Below are positions 49,898 through 58,325 of a stretch of 64,000 bases of DNA, piece after piece; position 1 is the first letter of the stretch, and each line of letters starts with the position of its first letter. A model generated the notes under the pieces. That model worked only from the letters and a program-made list of their open reading frames with translations. It did not search any database and was not told the origin of the DNA. The position numbers and the translations under genes were made by a program. This DNA is from a bacterium (GTDB lineage: Bacteria; SAR324; XYD2-FULL-50-16; G965216635), in contig OZ244188.1 in the NCBI GenBank assembly GCA_965216635.1, positions 672,001 to 736,000 of the forward strand, in the 5' to 3' direction.

Positions 49898-50452
49898 ATG
49901 TTTAAAAAAATAACATTGAGTGCACTTTTTTTAGTGCTTTTTGCTAGTCTCTCCTTTGCAGGAATAAAATTTAGAACAGGACAAACTAATTTAAAAGAAA
50001 GTCCTAGCCCTGATAGCAATAGTGAATTAAAATCGGTCACTCACTACGGCTTGGATTTTGACATAGGAATCCCTTTTGTAGGTTTGGATTTCTTGGTTTC
50101 GGCTAAATACGGTCAAAATAAAGATGCAGGTGAAGAGTTGATAATTCAAGAAACCCGTTATGGGATGAGAAAAGAATTTTTGGCTTTGATCAAACCATTC
50201 GTTGGTTTAGGAACGAGTAGCGGATCGGTGGAATTTAAAACTGCTGCTAGCGGTAAAGATAAACAATCTTACAGTACAAACTGGGTTTCTCTAGGGGTAA
50301 ATGGTGCTTTGGGTATAGTTCAGGTGGGGATAGAATATCGCTATTCTCAAAAAATAGAGGTAGAGTTTAGGTATAGCAACGATATCCCAGTAAAAAGAGA
50401 TATAGCGAGTAATTCACAAAGTATCTATTTTGGATTTGGATTAGGGTTTTAA
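49898..50452 (+). CDS. Small outer-membrane beta-barrel protein (8-strand type)
   Basis: Signal peptide SFA|G, KPFVGLG, VGIEYRY, C-terminal IYFGFGLGF. Confidence 0.75.
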   Translation: MFKKITLSALFLVLFASLSFAGIKFRTGQTNLKESPSPDSNSELKSVTHYGLDFDIGIPFVGLDFLVSAKYGQNKDAGEELIIQETRYGMRKEFLALIKPFVGLGTSSGSVEFKTAASGKDKQSYSTNWVSLGVNGALGIVQVGIEYRYSQKIEVEFRYSNDIPVKRDIASNSQSIYFGFGLGF

Positions 50453-50476
50453 AAAAGGACTAAATTGTAGGTTTTT

Positions 50477-50510
50477 AAAAAAGGCAGGTAGACCATAACC
50501 TGCTTTTTTT
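50477..50510 (+). terminator. Intrinsic terminator, possibly bidirectional
   Basis: A-tract, ggcaggt/acctgct stem, T-tract. Confidence 0.7.
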
Positions 50511-50565
50511 GTAAGAACTATAAAATTTTTTAAAAACTTACTTATAGACAATTAAAAGAATAAAA

Positions 50566-51036
50566 ATGAAATATAATAGAAATTTAGCTGCTAGAGTTAA
50601 TTCAATATTAATAGAATGTGGAGAAATGGGTGTTGAAGTTGACCCTTTAAAATTACAGAAGCTTTTATATTTAAGTTACGGAATTTACTTACGAGAAACA
50701 GGAGAAGAATTACCTCATTTATCATTTATTGCATTGCAATACGGTCCTGTTTCTAAAGAAGTTTATGAATTTTACAAGGAAAATGGATATAATACAATCA
50801 CTAAAAAAATGGGTGAGTATGGAGATTATCCTGTATTAGTGGATGACGTTTCCGTAAAAAAAGTAGCTAATTTATATGGATATTTCCCAAACTACAAATT
50901 AATAGATATCACACACAGAGAAGATGGGGCTTGGTATCAAGCATATAAAAAGGAGGTTGGTTGCCAATTAAATATTAATGATATAAAAAAAGAATTTGAT
51001 ATAACTAAAGTAAATACAAATGAGCGAAACAATTAA
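50566..51036 (+). CDS. Panacea (SocA/DUF4065) domain antitoxin-like protein
   Basis: PLKLQKLLYLSYG, ALQYGPVSKEVY, ITHREDGAW. Confidence 0.88.
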   Translation: MKYNRNLAARVNSILIECGEMGVEVDPLKLQKLLYLSYGIYLRETGEELPHLSFIALQYGPVSKEVYEFYKENGYNTITKKMGEYGDYPVLVDDVSVKKVANLYGYFPNYKLIDITHREDGAWYQAYKKEVGCQLNINDIKKEFDITKVNTNERNN

Positions 51037-51277
51037 CAAAACAAATACACAAGGAATAAATATAAGAAAAGAGAAGAGGAATGACGAAAAATTAGATATT
51101 TTAAGAAAGATTTTATATTTTGTGGGACCTTTTTGGATTGTGTTATCTTGCGCACTCTATGTTGTGCATTCACTTGGTTATATAAATTTTTGGAATATGC
51201 AATGGGCAGTTTTTTTATCTATGATAGGGGGTGTATTAGCAACAGTTATAGGAGTAATAATAGGATCAGATGTATAA
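51020..51277 (+). CDS. Small 2-TM protein, putative toxin partner of Panacea protein
   Basis: Overlaps the upstream gene by 17 nt; basic N-terminus followed by two TM helices. Confidence 0.6.
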   Translation: MSETINKTNTQGINIRKEKRNDEKLDILRKILYFVGPFWIVLSCALYVVHSLGYINFWNMQWAVFLSMIGGVLATVIGVIIGSDV

Positions 51278-51372
51278 AAAAAAACTACTAACTAATTTTT
51301 TTTTTGAGTATTTTAGGTACTCAGGCGGATAATTTCTAAATTTTTCAAAATACTCACTGTTAAATTGCCCAC

Positions 51373-52764
51373 TTATCTTGGCAATAAGTTTTTTTCTTTT
51401 AGTAGTTTTATAGCTTCTTTTACAGAGTTAAATTCTCCATTGAGTTGGGCTTGGTAGGCAGTTTCTAAAAGAGAGCTGAATTTTTCACTAGGAGTCAAAC
51501 CTTCATCAATCAGATGTCTTCCTTTCAATAAAGGCGCCAGAGGTGCTTTGGTTACCTTTAAAGCAGCAGCTCTTTTTGAAATCCATTCTCCCGCTGGAAA
51601 TACGGGATTGTAAGACTCTCCTCTACCGTTTTTATCGGCTTTACAGACTCTTAAAAGTCTATCAATATTCCCTACTTTTTTAGAAAATCTTAAAATTGCA
51701 GCGTCGTTGACCTGCTGTTTAAAAAACTGATCTGGTATCATATGATAGAGAACCAAGAGTTTTACTTCTTTTAAAAGCTCTTTTTGGTTTGTCAACCTAT
51801 TTAAAAAAGAAAGAGTGGGTTCCACTCCTTCTGTATCGTGCTTATAAGCAGTTATCCGTCCATCAGGTTGCAGTTGAGATGTAATAGGTTTACCAAAATC
51901 GTGGCAAAGCACTCCTAAACCTACAATAAGATTTTCTTTTTCGTCCTTGCAAGAATCTCTTTCTTCTACAAAGGCATCTAAACAAAGAGCAGTATGCACA
52001 AAAACATCTCCTTCAGGGTGCCATTTTTTGTATTGCTCGCAACCAGAAAGAGCTTCTAGTTCGGGAAAATAGCGCAACCAACCTGTTTGTTTTAAAAAAT
52101 ATAACCCTAAAGATATTTTTTTTCCTTTAAGCAATAATTTTTTCCATTCTTCAAAAATTCTTTCCCTAGATAAATTTTCTATGGAAATTTGTTGGCATAA
52201 TTTAAGACTTTCACTAGCGATTTGAAAAGAGAACCTAGCAATAAACTGCATAGCTCGCAAAACTCTTAAAGGGTCTTCGGAAAATTTTTCTGTAGTATGC
52301 CTTAGTATTTTGTTTTTTAAGTCTTTTCTTCCGTCAAACGGGTCTATAAATATTTCATTTAAAGGATCGTATAGAATAGCGTTAATAGTAAAATCTCTTC
52401 TAGCGCATGCCTCTTCGGGTTGAAAATAGGGATCGGTTTGAATGGAAAAACCTTTGTAGCCTGAGCCTACTTTTTTTTCTTTACGAGGGATAGAAACATC
52501 TATGGGTAAATTCCTTATTTTTAGGACGCCAAAACTTTTTCCCACATAATTGAGTAAGAATTTTTTTTTGAGAATAAGTTCTAGTTTTTTCATCTCTAAA
52601 CCATAAACTTCTATATCTATGTCTTTAGCTGGAATTTTTAGTAAGCCGTCACGAATACAGCCTCCAACTAAAAAACCTTTTGCCCCTGCTCTGTGTACAG
52701 TATTTAGAATATCTAGAGTAGTATCTTTAATTTCGGGATTTTCAAAATGGAGCATAAAAGACAT
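51373..52764 (-). CDS. cca: tRNA nucleotidyltransferase (CCA-adding class II) with HD domain
   Basis: VGGCIRD, DIDIE, RRDFTINA, EDPLRVLR, HPEGDVFVHT, CHDFGK. Confidence 0.9.
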   Translation of the reverse strand: MSFMLHFENPEIKDTTLDILNTVHRAGAKGFLVGGCIRDGLLKIPAKDIDIEVYGLEMKKLELILKKKFLLNYVGKSFGVLKIRNLPIDVSIPRKEKKVGSGYKGFSIQTDPYFQPEEACARRDFTINAILYDPLNEIFIDPFDGRKDLKNKILRHTTEKFSEDPLRVLRAMQFIARFSFQIASESLKLCQQISIENLSRERIFEEWKKLLLKGKKISLGLYFLKQTGWLRYFPELEALSGCEQYKKWHPEGDVFVHTALCLDAFVEERDSCKDEKENLIVGLGVLCHDFGKPITSQLQPDGRITAYKHDTEGVEPTLSFLNRLTNQKELLKEVKLLVLYHMIPDQFFKQQVNDAAILRFSKKVGNIDRLLRVCKADKNGRGESYNPVFPAGEWISKRAAALKVTKAPLAPLLKGRHLIDEGLTPSEKFSSLLETAYQAQLNGEFNSVKEAIKLLKEKNLLPR

Positions 52765-52886
52765 TTGATTTTAAAAAAAAATTAAGCACAGCAGTTTAAC
52801 TAATATAACTAGATTTTAAATTTTTTTTCTAGTATTTACAAGATAAAACGGCTTTTAAAATAACTATCTGTTTTTTTTAGTAACGA

Positions 52887-53435
52887 ATGAAATCTGCAAT
52901 ATTTTTAGACAGAGACGGGACTCTTATCCAAGAAAAAAATTATCTTTCAAAACTAGAAGATGTTTGTCTTTTTGAAGATGTTCCCCATACTTTAAAAAAA
53001 CTTCAACAAAAAAAATTTCTCTTGTTATTAGTTACCAACCAGTCTGCTATTGCAAGAGGCTATATTGAAGAGAGTTTCACGCATCTTGTTTTTTCTAAAA
53101 TTAATAATGAATTAAAAAAATTTAATGTCAAGTTAGACGCACAGTTTTATTGTCCGCACCATCCAAAAGGAAAACCTCCTTATAATTTAGATTGTAATTG
53201 CCGTAAACCTAAAACTGGTATGATAGATGAAGCTTGTAGAAGCTATCTTATAGATTTAAAAACTAGTTGGGTGATAGGAGATAAAGAGAGTGATATACAA
53301 ATGGCTTTAAAACTCGGTTGTAAGTCAGCTCTAGTTTTAACAGGCTATGGAAAAAAGGAGCTATCTAAGGTGAAAAACTATAAAAAAACAAAGATTTTAA
53401 AAAAATTTTCTGATATACTTACATTTTTACCCTAA
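52887..53435 (+). CDS. gmhB: D-glycero-D-manno-heptose 1,7-bisphosphate phosphatase
   Basis: FLDRDGTL, VTNQS, CPHHP...CNCRKP, IGDKESDI. Confidence 0.92.
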   Translation: MKSAIFLDRDGTLIQEKNYLSKLEDVCLFEDVPHTLKKLQQKKFLLLLVTNQSAIARGYIEESFTHLVFSKINNELKKFNVKLDAQFYCPHHPKGKPPYNLDCNCRKPKTGMIDEACRSYLIDLKTSWVIGDKESDIQMALKLGCKSALVLTGYGKKELSKVKNYKKTKILKKFSDILTFLP

Positions 53436-53442
53436 AAAATAT

Positions 53443-54553
53443 ATGAAAATAGAAACTTTACAACAAGAATTTGCAATATTAAAAAAGAAAAAAGATTATT
53501 TAAAGGAGTATCTTTGACCCACAAAAACTAGAAGAAAATATTCAAAACTTAGAAACACAAGCTGCTCAAAATTTTTTTTGGCAAAAATCACAATCAGAAC
53601 AAAGTCAATTATTAAAAGAAATTTCTGACCTAAAACAAGAAAAAACTTTATGGCAAAATTTAGTCAGTTTAGAACAGGATATTGAAGTCAATGTAGAACT
53701 TTGCTTGGAGCAAATAGATAGAGATTTATTTTTAGAACTGGAAAATACTATTAAACAATTCAAAAATAAGATCCGAGCACAAGAAATTCTTTACTATCTA
53801 AGTGAGTCTTACGATAAAAATAATGCGATTGTGCAGATTAATTCAGGTACGGGTGGAACAGAGGCTATGGATTGGGTTAAAATGCTAATGAGAATGTATT
53901 TAAGATGGGGAGAAAAGCAATCTTTTAGCACAGAAGTAATAGAAGGGACACTCGGAGAAGAAGCAGGATTTAAATCTGTTACTCTTAAAACTACGGGAAA
54001 ATACGCTTATGGAAAACTAAAACAAGAAATCGGTATTCATCGTCTAGTGCGAATTTCTCCCTTTGATAGTCAAAAAAAAAGACATACTTCTTTTGCATCT
54101 GTCTATGTTTATCCAGAAGTAGATGATAGCATAGAAGTGGAAATCAAAGATACAGATCTTAGAATTGATACTTACCGAGCACAAGGTGCAGGAGGGCAGC
54201 ATGTGAATACAACAGATTCAGCAGTCAGAATTGTTCATTTACCAACAGGGATTAAAGTGCAATGCCAAAATGAGAGATCACAACATAAAAACAAAGCTAC
54301 TGCATTAAAAATTTTGAAATCTGCTTTAGTACAAAAAGAAATAGAAGAAAGACAAAAAGAAAAAGATATACAAGAAGGACAAAAAAAGGGGATAAGTTGG
54401 GGTAATCAGACCCGTAGTTATATTTTACACCCCTACCAGATGATAAAAGATCACCGTAGTGGAATGGAAAATTCTAATTCGCAAGAAGTATTGGATGGAG
54501 GGATTGATGATTTTATTCAAGGTAATCTTCTAAAAATGAAACCTTTGCAGTAA
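53443..54553 (+). CDS. prfB: Peptide chain release factor 2 (programmed +1 frameshift)
   Basis: ATG 53443; CTT-TGA-C at 53512-53518; the +1 frame continues into SPF and GAGGQ motifs. Confidence 0.97.
53504..53518 (+). promoter_or_regulatory. prfB frameshift signal
   Basis: AGGAG-TAT-CTT-TGA-C: internal Shine-Dalgarno 3 nt before the shifty codon. Confidence 0.95.
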
Positions 54554-54878
54554 CATTCTGTTTAGCTATGCGGCGGTAAAAATTTATGAAAAATACTCAC
54601 ATACTAGTCTTATTGCTTAAAATTACTTGTGGGGTATTGTAAAAAAGCCACAGGCTTTTTTACAGTTCTTTTTCGGTAAGACTTAGTTTTTTAGCATTTC
54701 GCTTGGACGATATGCCCCATTTTTTCACAATTTTTTGCCTTCGTAGAAGCAAAAAGAATTAAAATTTAACGTTCTAGTCAAGAACGAACGGCAGTGCAGA
54801 TAAGCGCTTTGGCTATAGTTTGTTTGAAGTTTAAAGCAAAGACGCTCTGCTATCACATAACACTAGTGTAAATATCTC
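54538..54878. mobile_element. Degenerate MITE-family element overlapping the prfB stop
   Basis: gaaacctttgcag-taacattctgtttagc left arm; tgtaaaaaagcc...ggcttttttaca hairpin; tcacataacactagtgtaaatatctc right arm. Confidence 0.6.
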
Positions 54879-54892
54879 TCAAAAATTTAAAA

Positions 54893-55285
54893 ATGTTCGG
54901 TCTAGGTTTTGGAGAAATTTTAGTAATTGTAATTATTGGACTGCTTGTTATAGGTCCCGAAAAGTTGCCTTCTTTTGTTAGAGAAGTGTCTGGTATTCTT
55001 TACAAATTTCGCCGCTCTTGGAATAATGTAAAGTACGAAGTGCAGGATGAAATAGATAATTTAATCAAACAAGAAGATATTAAAAAACTGCAAGGTAAAA
55101 CAAAATCTTTTAAAAAAGTAATAGATACTGGTTCTGTATCTTTGGAAAAATTAATTGGTAAAAATGTTAAACAAGAATTGTCAAAAACAGTCAAAGAAGT
55201 AAAAAAAATTGCTTTGCAATCGCAACTTCAAATACAAGAAAAAGAACAGCGTAAAAGTTCTAAAACTTCTGCTAAAAAGAAATAA
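54893..55285 (+). CDS. tatB: Twin-arginine translocase subunit TatB (TatA/B family)
   Basis: MFGLGFGEILVIVIIGLLVIGPEKLP followed by an amphipathic helix. Confidence 0.85.
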   Translation: MFGLGFGEILVIVIIGLLVIGPEKLPSFVREVSGILYKFRRSWNNVKYEVQDEIDNLIKQEDIKKLQGKTKSFKKVIDTGSVSLEKLIGKNVKQELSKTVKEVKKIALQSQLQIQEKEQRKSSKTSAKKK

Positions 55286-55290
55286 CCATC

Positions 55291-58200
55291 TCATTGATTT
55301 TCTATAAGCTGTTGTTTGATTTTATTATACTTTTCCCGATTTTCTAAAGTTAACCCTTTGGGATTAATACTTTTGAAAAAAAGCCGAGTTTCTTCTCTCC
55401 ATCCTTGCTCTATTAAAAGCTCCATAGCGGTGAATATAAATGCTCTTCTAGTTGTTTTTTCTAAAGGCAAGTAAATCAGTTTCACTAATCTATTTAAAGC
55501 CTCTTTTTTCTTTTCTAAATGAAGATAGATTTGGGTTTCTAAAAACAGTTTTTGCATGTAGTTCGCTGGAAAATAAATGTAATTTTGTGTTTGTTTTAAA
55601 GAATTTAGAGCGCTCGTAAATTCTCGGTTTTCAAGCTGATTTTTTGCTTGCAATAGACGATATTTTTGCTGCTCTAGTGAATTTAATTCTTTTATTGAAA
55701 TTTTATCAGTTAAAATTTGTGAGGTATTTTTGCTGGTTTGTTTTTCTGTGGTTTGTTTTTCTGTGGTCTGTTTTTCCATTAGGGCTTGCAGAAATAACCA
55801 GCTATTTTTACGGTAGTCTGGTTTTGGAGGGATAGGGAATTGAATTTTTTTATTCTGCCGAAGTGAACAATAGTTGGTTGCTATTTCTCTATCAGTTTTT
55901 TCTGATAGAGTTTCTTGAAAAAAAGGATTTTTTCCGTATTCAATGCACAAATCCCAGTAAGATTGTAAATAAAGAATTTCTTGATTGAGTAATTGAATAC
56001 TCGCTTTTTGGAATGTATTTTTTTTTAGATAATTTTGATAAATTTTGAGAGCTTGATGAAACTCCAACTTGCGTGTGTGTTGTTCTGCTAAAAGCACGGT
56101 TTTTTTCCAAAGATCAAGGGTGTTTTTTTCTTGATTGCTGGTAATATTCTCTTTATGGCGGAGGTGTTTTTTTTCTGTTGAATAAATCAAGTTTAGAAAA
56201 ATATTATCCGCAGCATTTTTGCCACTCTTTGAATTGGGGTTTAGAGCAATGATTTTTTCCAAATATTGGATGCTTAAATCCCAATTTTCTAGCTGGTGGT
56301 AAGCAAAGCTCAAGTTTTTATAAAGGTTTATTTCAGAGCTATTTTTTTGGTGTAATTTTTGTAGAGCAAAATCTATGGCTCTATTGTAGAGTTGATTTGC
56401 TAACCAGACTTCTAGGTATAAATCAGTGTAGAGAGCTCTAGTCAAACTTGGTTTTTTGCTGATTTTTTGTAAATATTCTAGTGCTTTTTTTTCTCTGTCA
56501 AGTTTTAATAAAGAAGCGATATAGAATTTATCAGAAGTAAAGTTATGGTTTTTTTTTGGATTGTGTGCTCGTATAATTTCCCGGTATTTTTTTTTTTTAA
56601 AAAGTAGGCTATTCGTCAAAGATTGGATAGCAGAAGATTGGTGAATTTGAGCAAGTTTGATTTGTTTAAGAGTAGCATCATCGTTTCCAAGACTATCGTG
56701 CGCCCAAGCCTTAAAAAAAAATTGCTCCCGATAATACTTACTGTAAAATTTGCTCTTTTTATCCTTCTTTATAGAGGGTAATGCTAAAATTTCAGCTGGT
56801 TTTTTTTGGAAATAGTAAATTGTAGCTAGATAATACCATTTTTGTGTAGAATAGTTTTTTTCCAGAGAATCAACCTGTAAGCTTGTTTGATAATTAAGAA
56901 AAACTCTTTCTGCTTGTTTGTATTTTTTTTCTCTTAAATAGAGTAGTCCTATGTTAAGATTTGTATGAGACAAAAGCTTTTGACTATTTTCAGAGAGTAA
57001 TAAAGAAGCATTTCTAGCTTTCAGGTAATGCTGTAAGGCTTGGTTAAACTTGAAATTTTTTCTTAAATAATCCGCTTTTTGTGTGTTGTAGTAAAAAATC
57101 AATTCGGGTGTATCTAGTTCTATATATTCTTGGTAAAGAATTTTTTTTTGATTTTTAGAAATATTTTTATGACTCGACAGCATAATGATTCCATGAGGAT
57201 AAAAAGAGCTTGTTTTGATTTTTTTTAAGAGACTAATTTTAGGATTTTTACTTCTCAGTAAACTATCTAAAAAAAAGAGATAATCCAGTTCTTCTTTTTT
57301 ATTTTTTTGAAGATGATTTTTTTTAAGAAGAGTTGCTTTTGTTTTTTTAGACAAAGTATTTTTAGCTAAAAGAGCAGACCAAGCTTTCCAGTAGTTCAGT
57401 TGAAATTTTTTTTCCTCGTTTAAATTTTGAGTTTTTAGCTGCCGTAAAATTTTATAGCTAGAAGAGTATTTTTTTTGTTGGTAGTAATGGAGAGCCTGTA
57501 ATAAAGCAAAAGTTTGAGATATTCTAAAGTCTTTATTTTTTTTTAGTGTCTGCATCTCAAGTAAAATCATTGCTAGGTTTTTTTGCACTTCGGGGAAATC
57601 AAAACTTTTCATTAGTGCTAAAACAGAAGCCAGTTGTAAATTATAAGGTATGGGTATTTGTGGGTAGTATAATTGCCAATTTTTTATTTGAAGAGGGATT
57701 TTGCGGTAGTCTTTATTTTTGAGATAAAGCATAGTTTGTATATATTCTGCAGGGAGTGCTATTTCTAAATTTGAACTGTGATAGACTCTATCCAAAAATT
57801 GTTGCGCCTGTGTGAAATCTCCTTCTAAATAAAAAATCCAAGCCAACCAGAGAGAGACAATCTCTGGTTTTTTGTTATTATACAGTTGCAATAGTATTTT
57901 TTTCGCTTGGACGAGGTCTTTTTTTTTGTTTTTTAAAAAATCTTTTGTAGAATTTAAAACAATTTCTACATTTTTTTTTGTTGCAGTTTTTTCTATAGAG
58001 GAAGGCTTGTTTGTAAAGAAGTTTTTTGGTAGAGTTAAGTTTATTCCCACCCAGTTAGCTTGAGTTAAATCAAATTCTAGTAGATTTTTTTCTATTAAAA
58101 AAAGAACTTCTAAAAAATGAGGTTTATAAAAATCTAGCTTATCAACCCATTTACGAGCAGATAGATTTATAGCTTCATAAATGGGTTTATAGCCTACGAA

Positions 58201-58317
58201 TTCAGGAGAAAAGCTTTCTTTTTTCCATTCGTAAAGTTGTTCTACTTTAGGTAAATAGGTTTGTGCCGCAACAGGAAGTGGAATAATAAAAAGTAAAATA
58301 AAAAAAAGTTTTTTCAT
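55291..58317 (-). CDS. Large exported TPR-like protein
   Basis: Signal peptide VAA|Q; repeated TPR-like helices (LAWIFYLEGDFTQA, NLSFAYHQLENWDLS). Confidence 0.75.
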   Translation of the reverse strand: MKKLFFILLFIIPLPVAAQTYLPKVEQLYEWKKESFSPEFVGYKPIYEAINLSARKWVDKLDFYKPHFLEVLFLIEKNLLEFDLTQANWVGINLTLPKNFFTNKPSSIEKTATKKNVEIVLNSTKDFLKNKKKDLVQAKKILLQLYNNKKPEIVSLWLAWIFYLEGDFTQAQQFLDRVYHSSNLEIALPAEYIQTMLYLKNKDYRKIPLQIKNWQLYYPQIPIPYNLQLASVLALMKSFDFPEVQKNLAMILLEMQTLKKNKDFRISQTFALLQALHYYQQKKYSSSYKILRQLKTQNLNEEKKFQLNYWKAWSALLAKNTLSKKTKATLLKKNHLQKNKKEELDYLFFLDSLLRSKNPKISLLKKIKTSSFYPHGIIMLSSHKNISKNQKKILYQEYIELDTPELIFYYNTQKADYLRKNFKFNQALQHYLKARNASLLLSENSQKLLSHTNLNIGLLYLREKKYKQAERVFLNYQTSLQVDSLEKNYSTQKWYYLATIYYFQKKPAEILALPSIKKDKKSKFYSKYYREQFFFKAWAHDSLGNDDATLKQIKLAQIHQSSAIQSLTNSLLFKKKKYREIIRAHNPKKNHNFTSDKFYIASLLKLDREKKALEYLQKISKKPSLTRALYTDLYLEVWLANQLYNRAIDFALQKLHQKNSSEINLYKNLSFAYHQLENWDLSIQYLEKIIALNPNSKSGKNAADNIFLNLIYSTEKKHLRHKENITSNQEKNTLDLWKKTVLLAEQHTRKLEFHQALKIYQNYLKKNTFQKASIQLLNQEILYLQSYWDLCIEYGKNPFFQETLSEKTDREIATNYCSLRQNKKIQFPIPPKPDYRKNSWLFLQALMEKQTTEKQTTEKQTSKNTSQILTDKISIKELNSLEQQKYRLLQAKNQLENREFTSALNSLKQTQNYIYFPANYMQKLFLETQIYLHLEKKKEALNRLVKLIYLPLEKTTRRAFIFTAMELLIEQGWREETRLFFKSINPKGLTLENREKYNKIKQQLIENQ

Positions 58318-58325
58318 AATTCAAA

